Shown here in pieces: positions 1-8,374 of a stretch of 64,000 nt of DNA. The stretch is from an uncultured Phascolarctobacterium sp. (GTDB lineage Bacteria; Bacillota; Negativicutes; Acidaminococcales; Acidaminococcaceae): assembly GCA_937901335.1 (NCBI GenBank), contig CALCHC010000018.1:5-64004 (forward strand). Reading direction: 5' to 3'. How positions within the stretch are numbered: the first letter of the stretch is position 1; every line of letters begins with the position of its first letter. Position numbers and translations under genes: made by a program. A model generated the notes under the pieces. The model was given only the letters and a program-made list of their open reading frames with translations, had not been told where the DNA came from and ran no database searches.

Positions 1-147
1 ACGTGTGCTCAAAACATAGCTAATCTGGGACGGAGCGCAAGAAAGCTTTTCAGCCAAGTCGCTTCTCTTTACCAGCAAAGCATCATCTCTATCGCGCATA
101 AACTCTTGAATAATAAAATTTTCTATAGCATCTGCTAAGTTTCTCAT
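1..147 (-). CDS. ctsR: Transcriptional repressor CtsR, N-terminal part (gene continues beyond the left edge)
   Basis: Minus-strand translation from ATG at 147 gives MRNLADAIENFIIQEFMRDRDDALLVKRSDLAEKLSCAPSQISYVLSTR. This matches the conserved CtsR N-terminal HTH segment (KRSxxAxKFxCxPSQIxYVxxTRF). AAGGTGG RBS lies 7 nt upstream. Confidence 0.75.
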   Translation of the reverse strand, partial: MRNLADAIENFIIQEFMRDRDDALLVKRSDLAEKLSCAPSQISYVLSTR

Positions 148-204
148 ATCTATACCACCTTAATCTAATTGTAGTCAGTGTATTTTTGTAGGATTTGTAA
201 TTTA

Positions 205-233
205 ATTATATTTGACATTTCGACTTTCTGCAA
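205..233 (-). promoter_or_regulatory. Sigma-A type promoter of ctsR with a CtsR-box-like direct repeat in the spacer
   Basis: Minus strand reads TTGCAG (233-228), 17-nt spacer, TATAAT (210-205). The spacer AAAGTCGAAATGTCAAA holds two GTCNAAA units, resembling but not matching the 7-3-7 CtsR operator. Confidence 0.5.
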
Positions 234-262
234 GTGAAAAAATTTAAACACTTCGTCAAAGC

Positions 263-300
263 AAAAACGCTTGTGGCTAAATCGCCACAAGCGTTTTATT
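263..300 (-). terminator. Rho-independent terminator downstream of nrdG
   Basis: 11-bp stem ACGCTTGTGGC (267-277) / GCCACAAGCGT (284-294) with a 6-nt loop, flanked by an A-run and a T-run. On the minus strand it is followed by TTTTTGC. Confidence 0.75.
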
Positions 301-321
301 TTACGTAAGTATATTTAATTT

Positions 322-867
322 TTATTTACCTTCAAATAAACCTTCGTTGTCATCCCACAATACAAGTTTATCTTCTTTTAAAGATTCTTGCACGCGAATA
401 ACTCGTTGGTTAGCACTGCCACGGAAGCGCAGGTTGGGGTTCTTCAATTCCAAAACGAATTCACCGTCAACAAGCACATCAATGTAGGAAAGCATTTCTT
501 GAGTAACTTCCCAAGGGCCAAGGCTACCGGTCAACATATCTTTTTCAAAATCGTAACCGCTGTAGCACCACAAGGTTTTTTCAGGATACATTTCTTTAAA
601 TCTACGAATCAAAGGAAGCAGAGCTTTTTGGTTAGCAGGTTCGAAAGGTTCGCCGCCAAGTAAGGACAAGCCTTTGATGTAAGTAGGTTTTAAAGCTTCC
701 AAGATTTCGTCTTCAACTTCTTTGGTAAATGGGTTACCATAGTGGAAGTCCCAAGCTTCCGGATTGAAGCAGCCTTTGCAATGATGGGTGCAACCGCTAA
801 CGAACAAGGATACGCGGATGCCAGGGCCATTAGCTACATCTATTTTTTTAATGGTTGCGTAATTCAT
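322..867 (-). CDS. nrdG: Anaerobic ribonucleoside-triphosphate reductase activating protein (radical SAM)
   Basis: 181-aa ORF with a CxxxCxxC cluster motif (GCTHHCKGC). It lies directly downstream of nrdD and has an AGAGGTGAG RBS. Confidence 0.9.
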   Translation of the reverse strand: MNYATIKKIDVANGPGIRVSLFVSGCTHHCKGCFNPEAWDFHYGNPFTKEVEDEILEALKPTYIKGLSLLGGEPFEPANQKALLPLIRRFKEMYPEKTLWCYSGYDFEKDMLTGSLGPWEVTQEMLSYIDVLVDGEFVLELKNPNLRFRGSANQRVIRVQESLKEDKLVLWDDNEGLFEGK

Positions 868-879
868 CTAGCTCACCTC

Positions 880-3006
880 TTACAGATGGAGTACACGTGC
901 TTTAATTTCTTTGGTCTTGCCTACGTTCCAGAAGTTTTCACCCAAGTAACCGCAGGTACGACGAGTAACGTTCATTAAAGCATGGTCTTTGTTACCGCAA
1001 GCAGGGCATTCCCATTCGCCATCATCGTTGATGATGATTTCGCCATCAAAGCCGCATACATGGCAGTAGTCGGATTTGGTGTTGAATTCTGCGTATTGAA
1101 TGTTATCGTAAATGAAGCGTACAACATCTTCCAAAGCTTCGGTGTTATGACGCATATTGGGGATTTCTACATAAGAAATTGCGCCACCGGAAGAAATCTT
1201 TTGGAATTGGCTTTCGAAAGCAAATTTTTGGAAAGCGTCGATATCTTCACGAACATCAATGTGGTAGGAGTTGGTGTAGTAACCTTTATCGGTAATGTTG
1301 GGAACGCTACCGAATTTTTCTTTATCGATACGAGCGAAGCGGTAGCACAAGCTTTCTGCCGGAGTACCGTAGAGAGCAAAACCAATGTTGGTTTGTGCTT
1401 TCCATTTATCGCAAGCGCCACGCAAACGTTGCATTACGCGTACTGCGAAGTCTTCGCCTTCAGGTTCGGTATGGCTGCAGCCTTTAACTGCCATGGTAAC
1501 TTCGTACAAGCCAATGTAACCCAAGGAAATGGAGGAGTAACCACCATAGAGGAAATGTTCAATGGATTCGCCTTTGCCCAAACGAGCAATTGCGCCATAT
1601 TGCCAATGTACAGGGCTTACATCACTACGAACTTTTTTCAACGCTTCATGACGGCACATCAAAGCTTCGTAGCAAAGTTGCAAACGTTCATCCAAGAGTT
1701 CCCAGAATTTCTTTTCGTCTTGACCGGAAATCAAACCGATTTGCGGAAGGTTGATGGAAACAACGCCTTGGTTGAAGCGACCTTCAAATTGGTATTTACC
1801 TTCTTCATTTTTCCAAGGAGCCAAGAAGCTGCGGCAACCCATGGGAGAGAATACGTTACCTTCGTAGTTTTCACGCATTTTCTTAGCGCTGATGTAGTCA
1901 GGATACATACGTTTAGCACTGCATTTTACTGCCAAATGGGTAATGTAATCGTATTTGCCACCTTTCAAGCAGTTAAGCTCGTCGAGTACATAAACCAGTT
2001 TGGGGAACGCAGGGGTAACATATACACCTTTGTCGTTTTTAATGCCTTGCAAACGTTGACGCAGAATTTCTTCTACGATCATTGCAGTTTCTTTCAGATA
2101 CGGATCGTCTTCTTTCAAATGTAAGAACAAAGTTACGAAAGGAGATTGACCGTTGGTAGTCATCAATGTATTGATTTGGTATTGAATGGTTTGCACGCCA
2201 CTTTGAAGTTCTGCACGCAAACGTTCTTGTACCAAGTTTTCCAAAGTTTCTTCGTCAATTTTGCCGCCAGATGCTTCCAAAATATTGCGTTTGAATTTGT
2301 CATAGCTACGGCGCAAGTATTTACCCAAGTGGCAGATATCTACAGATTGACCGCCATATTGGGAAGAAGCAACGGATGCGATGATTTGGGTCATAACGGT
2401 GCAGGCAACTTGGAAGCTTTTGGGGCTTTCAATCATTTTACCGTTCATTACAGTACCTTTATCAAGCATATCGCTGATATTAATCAAGCAGCAGTTGAAA
2501 ATAGGTTGAATGAAATAGTCAGCGTCATGGAAGTGGAGCACACCTTCATCGTGAGCTGCGGAGATTTTTTCCGGCAGGATGATACGTCTGGTCAAGTCTT
2601 TGGAAACTTCGCCAGCGATCAAGTCACGTTGGGTAGCAGCCATAACAGCGTTTTTGTTAGAGTTTTCTTCCATAACATCTTTATTGCTGTTACGAATCAA
2701 GGACAGGATGGATTCGTCAGTGGTGTTAGCTTTACGAACCAAAGCACGTTTGTAACGGTAAATGATGTATTGTTTTGCCAATTCAAATTTACCTGCATCC
2801 ATCAAGCTATGTTCTACGATGTCTTGGATATCTTCTACCAACAAACGCATTCTGTTGCGGGATTGCACATTTTTAGCAATCTCTAAAATCTTATATTCTT
2901 CAATTCTGTCTTGGGGGTCAACAACAGCATTTGCCTTTTGAATAGCGACAACAATTTTACTACTATCAAAATCAACGGTAGTACCATCGCGTTTAATAAC
3001 TTTCAT
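880..3006 (-). CDS. nrdD: Anaerobic (class III) ribonucleoside-triphosphate reductase
   Basis: 708-aa ORF with an N-terminal ATP-cone (MKVIKRDGTTVDFDSSKI), C-terminal Zn-ribbon cysteines (CHVCG...CPACG) and the glycyl-radical motif RRTCGYLG. Confidence 0.95.
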   Translation of the reverse strand: MKVIKRDGTTVDFDSSKIVVAIQKANAVVDPQDRIEEYKILEIAKNVQSRNRMRLLVEDIQDIVEHSLMDAGKFELAKQYIIYRYKRALVRKANTTDESILSLIRNSNKDVMEENSNKNAVMAATQRDLIAGEVSKDLTRRIILPEKISAAHDEGVLHFHDADYFIQPIFNCCLINISDMLDKGTVMNGKMIESPKSFQVACTVMTQIIASVASSQYGGQSVDICHLGKYLRRSYDKFKRNILEASGGKIDEETLENLVQERLRAELQSGVQTIQYQINTLMTTNGQSPFVTLFLHLKEDDPYLKETAMIVEEILRQRLQGIKNDKGVYVTPAFPKLVYVLDELNCLKGGKYDYITHLAVKCSAKRMYPDYISAKKMRENYEGNVFSPMGCRSFLAPWKNEEGKYQFEGRFNQGVVSINLPQIGLISGQDEKKFWELLDERLQLCYEALMCRHEALKKVRSDVSPVHWQYGAIARLGKGESIEHFLYGGYSSISLGYIGLYEVTMAVKGCSHTEPEGEDFAVRVMQRLRGACDKWKAQTNIGFALYGTPAESLCYRFARIDKEKFGSVPNITDKGYYTNSYHIDVREDIDAFQKFAFESQFQKISSGGAISYVEIPNMRHNTEALEDVVRFIYDNIQYAEFNTKSDYCHVCGFDGEIIINDDGEWECPACGNKDHALMNVTRRTCGYLGENFWNVGKTKEIKARVLHL

Positions 3007-3094
3007 AGCCCTCTCTCCTCCTAATTAACAACTAAAAGCTTATCTTATTTTAAACTTAACATTTGTATTATTTGATGAGCAATGCAATACGTAA

Positions 3095-3175
3095 ACACAT
3101 TATATTGCATTAACCTCGTTTATTATAACACAATATATCTGCCCTCGCAATAAAGTTAAGCACTATATATGGTGA
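3095..3175 (-). promoter_or_regulatory. nrdD promoter with three phased NrdR boxes
   Basis: Minus-strand -35 TTGCGA (3150-3145), 17-nt spacer, -10 TATAAT (3127-3122). Three 16-mers match the NrdR consensus acaCwAtATaTwGtgt: 3095-3110 (13/16), 3128-3143 (11/16, left half perfect) and 3160-3175 (13/16). They start 33 and 32 bp apart. Confidence 0.7.
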
Positions 3176-3424
3176 TAGCTCCAAAAATTTTCCCATCTAT
3201 TTTGTTGCACAAATTCCTAAAAATTTCAGGAAATTTGGTCTTGACTTTACAATAAAGTCTTGCGACGAAACATAGTTAAAAAACTAAACCAGTTTAAAAA
3301 TCTGAAAACCTTGCTCTTATGTGCTTTTCCACTGTTTTCAGAAAAAGACAACTAAATATTCCACGTCTCTACAAAAAGTGATACAATACTGTTTATTAAA
3401 TTCATTCAGTTTGGAGAATTACCC

Positions 3425-4333
3425 ATGCATAATTTTAGTGGCGTATTCATGCTCACACTTTGCTCCCTCATTTGGGGCACTGCCTTCATAGCCCAAAGTG
3501 TTGGTGCAGAATACTTAGAACCTCTTACCTTTAACTGCGCTCGTAGCGTTTTAGCAACGCTCTTTTTATTCCCTTGCTTCCTTTTCTTCGACAAGCTTGC
3601 CGGCAAAAAGCTTAGCCTTTGGGGAACTGATGACAAAGTTGCTCGTCAAAAACTTTTGCGTGGCGGCATCATCTGTGGTTTAGCGTTAACCGTTGCCAGT
3701 CTCTTCCAACAAATTGGCATGGCTTATACAACAGTTGGCAAAGGCGGATTTATTACTTCATTATATATAGTCATAGTGCCAATTTTAGGCATGCTCGCTT
3801 TCAAAACCAAGGTCAATATTTTACAATGGATCAGCGTACTGATTGCTACTGTTGGTATGTACTTCATCTGCATCAACGAAGCCTTCACCATTAACAAGGG
3901 CGATATGTATATTTTAATCTGCGCCTTCTGCTTTAGTATTCACATCCTGTGCATCGAAAGTGTTATTCAAGGCTTAGACGGCGTGCGACTTTCCTTCATT
4001 CAATTTGCAGTTTGCACCATCGCCAATGGTATCTTGATGTTTATTTTTGAAAGTCCCTCTATGGAAAATCTCTACCTCGCTTGGCAACCGGTGTTTTACG
4101 CAGGCATTATGTCCAGCGGTGTAGCCTACACTCTACAAATTGTCGGACAAAAATATGTCAGCTCCGTTCTGGCATCCATGCTTATGAGCTTAGAAAGCGT
4201 CTTTGCCATGCTCAGTGGTTGGTTGCTTTTGAACCAAGTACTTACCATGCGTGAGTTTTGGGGTTGCGCGTTGGTATTTGCGGCAATCATCTTGGCACAA
4301 CTTCCACCTAAAATGTTTGGAATGAAAGAATAA
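3425..4333 (+). CDS. EamA/DMT-family permease
   Basis: 302-aa highly hydrophobic ORF with two EamA-like halves. GGAG RBS lies 9 nt upstream. An extended -10 TGATACAAT sits at 3379-3387. Confidence 0.8.
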   Translation: MHNFSGVFMLTLCSLIWGTAFIAQSVGAEYLEPLTFNCARSVLATLFLFPCFLFFDKLAGKKLSLWGTDDKVARQKLLRGGIICGLALTVASLFQQIGMAYTTVGKGGFITSLYIVIVPILGMLAFKTKVNILQWISVLIATVGMYFICINEAFTINKGDMYILICAFCFSIHILCIESVIQGLDGVRLSFIQFAVCTIANGILMFIFESPSMENLYLAWQPVFYAGIMSSGVAYTLQIVGQKYVSSVLASMLMSLESVFAMLSGWLLLNQVLTMREFWGCALVFAAIILAQLPPKMFGMKE

Positions 4334-4336
4334 AAC

Positions 4337-4372
4337 AAAAAAGGACTGTCTTCCGACAGTCCTTTTATTTTT
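4337..4372. terminator. Bidirectional terminator between the EamA gene and the rhodanese gene
   Basis: Stem AAAAGGACTGTC / GACAGTCCTTTT with loop TTCC, flanked by an A-run and a T-run, between convergent genes. Confidence 0.8.
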
Positions 4373-4378
4373 GCTAAT

Positions 4379-4753
4379 TTATTTTACTAATTCGCCTTTC
4401 CAGCGATTGATGCCGCCAAAGTCTTCAATATCCTTGTAGCCCAATTCTACCAAAGCTTTTTTAGCAATGGCACTACGTCTACCACTACGGCAGTACAGTA
4501 CGATTTCCTTTTCTTTATCAGGAAGCACAGTTGCTGCCTTAAGAGCTATTTCGTCATAAGGAAGCAAGATTGCAGAAGCGATATGTCCTGCATCAAATTC
4601 TTCTTGGGTACGTACATCAAGGAGTACAAAGTTTTCTTGTGCGTTCAATTTATTTTGCAGTTCTTCATATTTCATCGTTTGATTTGCGTTACCACTTTGC
4701 ATAAACATAAACAAACCTCCAATAACTAAAGCTATCATTAAAATATATTTCAT
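4379..4753 (-). CDS. Membrane-anchored or secreted rhodanese-domain sulfurtransferase
   Basis: 124-aa ORF with a hydrophobic N-terminus (MKYILMIALVIGGLFMFM) and the rhodanese active-site loop CRSGRRS. Confidence 0.8.
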   Translation of the reverse strand: MKYILMIALVIGGLFMFMQSGNANQTMKYEELQNKLNAQENFVLLDVRTQEEFDAGHIASAILLPYDEIALKAATVLPDKEKEIVLYCRSGRRSAIAKKALVELGYKDIEDFGGINRWKGELVK

Positions 4754-4843
4754 CTTATCACCTCAATCTATATCTGTTGTCTATATTATAGCAAGTTACT
4801 AGTTTATATTACAAGTCTTCAAAGAAAATGCTACAAAGAATTC

Positions 4844-4880
4844 AAAAAGCGTGCTACGAAAATCGTAACACGCTTATTTT
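4844..4880 (-). terminator. Terminator downstream of the SGNH-MGMT fusion gene
   Basis: 12-bp stem 4848-4859 / 4863-4874 (one G-U on the minus-strand RNA), followed on the minus strand by TTTTTG. Confidence 0.65.
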
Positions 4881-4888
4881 TATGCTTA

Positions 4889-5947
4889 TTAAAGTTCTAC
4901 GCCTTCAAGTTTAAGCAAGTATTCTTTTTTATCTACGCCTGCAGCGTAACCGGTAACTTTGTTACCTTTGCCAACTACGCGGTGGCAGGGAACAACGATG
5001 CAGATGGGATTACGGTTGTTTGCCATGCCAACGGAACGGCTTGCTTTCGGATTGCCCAAAGCGGTAGCAATGTCTTGGTAGGTACGAACTTCACCGTAAG
5101 GAATTTTTTGTAATTCATTCCAAACGCTTACTTGGTATTCAGTACCAGCTACATCTAAAGGCAGGTCAAAAGTGGTGCGTTCTTTAGCGAAGTATTCTTT
5201 AAGTTGTTTAGAAGCTTCTGCCAAGAATTTATTGTCATTTGCATAGAATGCAGTTACATCTTCGTCAGTGAAAGCAATTTCTACAATGCCTTTGTCACTA
5301 GCGCTGATGCGCAAATTGCCAACAGGAGTTTCCAACAAGCAAGAAGCAATATCTTCATAGTATTCTTCGATAACTTCTTCTGCTTCTTCAACCTCTTGCA
5401 CAACTTCTTTAGAAGCCCATTCGCTTACCAACGGAGCAGCGTATTTACCCATGTTTTTATAGGTAGTTGCTTTCGGATGTACGCTGTCCAAATAAGCAAG
5501 TCTGCGTTCCAAAGAGCTCATACCTACTGCAGGTTGCAAGTCGAGCATGAAAACTTTGTCAGAGTATTTTTCATATACTGCTCTGCCCAAAGATTGCAAT
5601 TGCACGTTGAGCATAGGTTCTGCGCTGATCAAAGGAAGTACGATGCAAAGAGAGTAGTTCTTTTCTTCGCACCATTTTACTAATTTAGCGTAATCTTCCA
5701 AAATATGTTTTTCAGGACGACCTTGGATGATGTCGTTAGCACCACCAAAGAACAAAATATGTTTTACGTGTTCCGGCAAGCTGGTCATTTTCAGACGAGT
5801 GAGAATGTCATCACAGCAATCACCGCAAACACCGTAGTTAAGCATTTTAATTTCAGCATGTTTTTCTGCTTCTGCAATCCAAGAATTGTTATTAGAATAG
5901 GGGAAACCTTGAACCAAGGAATCACCAAAACAAGCAATGTAATTCAT
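4889..5947 (-). CDS. Fusion protein: N-terminal SGNH/GDSL hydrolase + C-terminal O6-alkylguanine-DNA alkyltransferase (MGMT/Ogt)
   Basis: N-terminal half has SGNH blocks FGDSL, NYGVCGD, FFGGANDI and DSVHP. An acidic linker EVVQEVEEAEEVIEEYYED follows. The C-terminal half has the MGMT acceptor motif IVVPCHRVVG and the upstream HTH region. Confidence 0.8.
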   Translation of the reverse strand: MNYIACFGDSLVQGFPYSNNNSWIAEAEKHAEIKMLNYGVCGDCCDDILTRLKMTSLPEHVKHILFFGGANDIIQGRPEKHILEDYAKLVKWCEEKNYSLCIVLPLISAEPMLNVQLQSLGRAVYEKYSDKVFMLDLQPAVGMSSLERRLAYLDSVHPKATTYKNMGKYAAPLVSEWASKEVVQEVEEAEEVIEEYYEDIASCLLETPVGNLRISASDKGIVEIAFTDEDVTAFYANDNKFLAEASKQLKEYFAKERTTFDLPLDVAGTEYQVSVWNELQKIPYGEVRTYQDIATALGNPKASRSVGMANNRNPICIVVPCHRVVGKGNKVTGYAAGVDKKEYLLKLEGVEL

Positions 5948-6066
5948 TACGAACCCTACCTCTTCAAAAACGATATCCGCTATATTATAACAAATAATTG
6001 GTGATATTTACAAGCTTCTATGTGAATGATAGAATGAATTTATAAATAAAAATGGAGGTTTCTATT

Positions 6067-7251
6067 ATGGATAATTTTAACTTTCAAGCTCCTACCCGCG
6101 TAATCTTCGGCAAAAACACCGAAGCTCAAGCAGGTGCTCTTTGCAAACAATATGGTGCACATAAAGTTCTCGTTCATTTTGGCGGTAATAGTGCTAAAGC
6201 TTCCGGTCTTTTAGACAGAGTATGCGCAAGCCTTACTGAAGCTGGTCTTGAATTCGTACTTCTGGGCGGTGTTGTTCCTAACCCTCGTCTTTCCAAAGTT
6301 TATGAAGGCATTGAACTGTGCAAAGCAGAAGGCGTTGACTTCATCCTCGCTGTTGGCGGCGGTAGCACCATCGATAGTGCTAAAGCTATTGCTTACGGTC
6401 TTGCCAACGAAGGCGACGTTTGGGAATATTATGAAGGCAAACGTACCGTTACTGGTAGCATTCCCACCGCAGCAGTACTTACCATTGCAGCAGCAGGCAG
6501 TGAAATGAGTACTTCTTCCGTAATCACTAATGAAAATGGCTGGCTGAAACGTGGTTTAACTTCCACCTATGCTTACTGCAAATTCTGCATCCTGAATCCG
6601 GAACTTACCTACACTCTTCCTGCATACCAAACTGCAAGCGGTTGTGTAGATATTATGATGCACACCTTGGAACGCTTCTTCACCGCAGAAAGCACTCACC
6701 AATTGGACATCATCGATAGAATCAGCGAAAGCGTTTTGAAAACTACCATGCGCAACGCTCAAATTCTTAAAGCAGATCCCACCAACTACGACGCTCGTGC
6801 AGAAATTATGTGGTGTGGTTCTCTTTCCCACAACGATACTACCGGTGAACGTAGCTTTGGTGACTGGGCTTGCCACCAAATCGAACACGAACTGAGCGGC
6901 ATTTGGGACATTGCTCACGGTGCAGGCTTGGCTGCAATTTGGGGTAGCTGGGCTCGTTACGTTTACAAACACAACCTCCCCCGTTTCGTACAATTGGCAG
7001 TAAATGTTATGGGCGTACCTAACGACTTCCGTAACCAAGAAGCTACTGCTCTCGAAGGCATTGCAAGAATGGAAGAATTCTTCCGTAGCATTGATATGCC
7101 TACCAGCATCGGCGAAATGGGCATTGAACTGACCGAAGAAAACATCAAAGAACTTGCTTACAAATGTAGCTTTATGAACACTCGCACTGTAGGTAAAGTG
7201 AAGGCGCTGGATATCACTGATATGGAAGCAATTTACAGAGCAGCAAAATAG
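6067..7251 (+). CDS. Iron-containing (group III) alcohol dehydrogenase, butanol-dehydrogenase/YqhD-like
   Basis: Fe-ADH family features are present (GGGSTIDSAKA nucleotide-binding motif, His-rich metal site HxxxH region). Start placed at ATG 6067 (GGAGG at 6054-6058, 8-nt spacer) rather than the ORF-track ATG 6052, which overlaps the RBS. Confidence 0.85.
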   Translation: MDNFNFQAPTRVIFGKNTEAQAGALCKQYGAHKVLVHFGGNSAKASGLLDRVCASLTEAGLEFVLLGGVVPNPRLSKVYEGIELCKAEGVDFILAVGGGSTIDSAKAIAYGLANEGDVWEYYEGKRTVTGSIPTAAVLTIAAAGSEMSTSSVITNENGWLKRGLTSTYAYCKFCILNPELTYTLPAYQTASGCVDIMMHTLERFFTAESTHQLDIIDRISESVLKTTMRNAQILKADPTNYDARAEIMWCGSLSHNDTTGERSFGDWACHQIEHELSGIWDIAHGAGLAAIWGSWARYVYKHNLPRFVQLAVNVMGVPNDFRNQEATALEGIARMEEFFRSIDMPTSIGEMGIELTEENIKELAYKCSFMNTRTVGKVKALDITDMEAIYRAAK

Positions 7252-7255
7252 AAAT

Positions 7256-7294
7256 AAAAAACTCCGCATCGTTTGATGCGGAGTTAATTTTTTA
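7256..7294. terminator. Bidirectional terminator between adh and rpmA
   Basis: 10-bp stem ACTCCGCATC (7261-7270) / GATGCGGAGT (7275-7284) with a 4-nt loop and a T-rich tail. Confidence 0.8.
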
Positions 7295-7304
7295 TGGTTG
7301 CTAA

Positions 7305-7598
7305 TTACATAGCAGCTTCATCAACAGGATATACGCTGATTTGGCGTTTGTCACGGCCTTTGCGTTCAAATTTTACACGACCTTCTACTTTAGCATAGAT
7401 GGTGTAATCTTTGCCCATACCTACATTGTTACCGGGATGGAATTTGGTACCACGTTGACGAACGATGATGGAACCAGCGGTTACCAATTGGGAGTCATGA
7501 GCTTTGGTGCCCAAACGTTGAGCGTTAGAGTCACGACCGTTTTTGGAGCTACCGGTACCTACTTTATGTGCGTGCAATTGCAGAATAAGTTTAAACAT
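7305..7598 (-). CDS. rpmA: 50S ribosomal protein L27 (with N-terminal propeptide)
   Basis: Conserved core [20 protein letters not shown]. Start placed at ATG 7598 (GGAGGTG RBS, 6-nt spacer), giving MFKLILQLH before the mature AHK... N-terminus. Confidence 0.95.
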   Translation of the reverse strand: MFKLILQLHAHKVGTGSSKNGRDSNAQRLGTKAHDSQLVTAGSIIVRQRGTKFHPGNNVGMGKDYTIYAKVEGRVKFERKGRDKRQISVYPVDEAAM

Positions 7599-7603
7599 TA
7601 CTT

Positions 7604-7933
7604 TCACCTCCTATGTTCTTTGATGCGAACATATTGCGGAAACTCTTGCGCTAATTCTTCCACACCATAGTACATGGTCATCAGAAGAGCTTGCGACAAT
7701 TCATCCGGTGCACTGTTCAGTGCTACTTCTAATATACCGTCTACTTCATCCACACGGTAGAACGGCTTACGTTTTAAGTGTCTTTCCAGTCCAATAATGG
7801 GTGCTTGCGTAAGCACGGAAACAGAATTGCAAATCAAATCATATTCGCCTGCTTTTGCTGATTCCGCATGACCACTAACTTTATAGCCAGTAATCATTCC
7901 ATTTTTGTCCAAGGTTACATCTATCTTAATCAT
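7604..7933 (-). CDS. prp: Ribosomal-processing cysteine protease Prp (YsxB/DUF464)
   Basis: 109-aa ORF between rplU and rpmA. It has the His/Cys dyad context SGHAES ... ICNSVS typical of Prp. Confidence 0.85.
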   Translation of the reverse strand: MIKIDVTLDKNGMITGYKVSGHAESAKAGEYDLICNSVSVLTQAPIIGLERHLKRKPFYRVDEVDGILEVALNSAPDELSQALLMTMYYGVEELAQEFPQYVRIKEHRR

Positions 7934-7938
7934 AAAAA

Positions 7939-8250
7939 TTAAGCTTCGATTTTAACGATTTCAACTGCAGTGAACGGTTGACGATGACCTTGACGGATAC
8001 GGTAGTTGGATTTTGCTTTGTATTTGAAAACGAAGATTTTGTCAGCTTTGCCTTGTTCTACAACTTTAGCAACAACTTTTGCGCCTTCAACAACGGGTTT
8101 GCCGATTTTAACGTCAGCGTCGTTTACTACGGTCAAAACTTCTTCAAAAACAACTTCAGCGCCAACTTCTACGTCCAATTTTTCAATTTTCAAAGTTTCG
8201 CCTTCGCTAACGCGGTATTGTTTGCCGCCGGTTTTGATAATTGCGTACAT
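7939..8250 (-). CDS. rplU: 50S ribosomal protein L21
   Basis: 103 aa, [20 protein letters not shown]... is a canonical L21 N-terminus. Confidence 0.95.
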   Translation of the reverse strand: MYAIIKTGGKQYRVSEGETLKIEKLDVEVGAEVVFEEVLTVVNDADVKIGKPVVEGAKVVAKVVEQGKADKIFVFKYKAKSNYRIRQGHRQPFTAVEIVKIEA

Positions 8251-8374
8251 CTATTGCACCTCCCTTATGATAGACTCGCTAAATACGGTACTCTTATGAG
8301 TTTACGGAACCTCTCTACGCGGTTGGGGACGAACTGATAGCAGTCCATACTGGAATATTTTACCTAAATTAATT

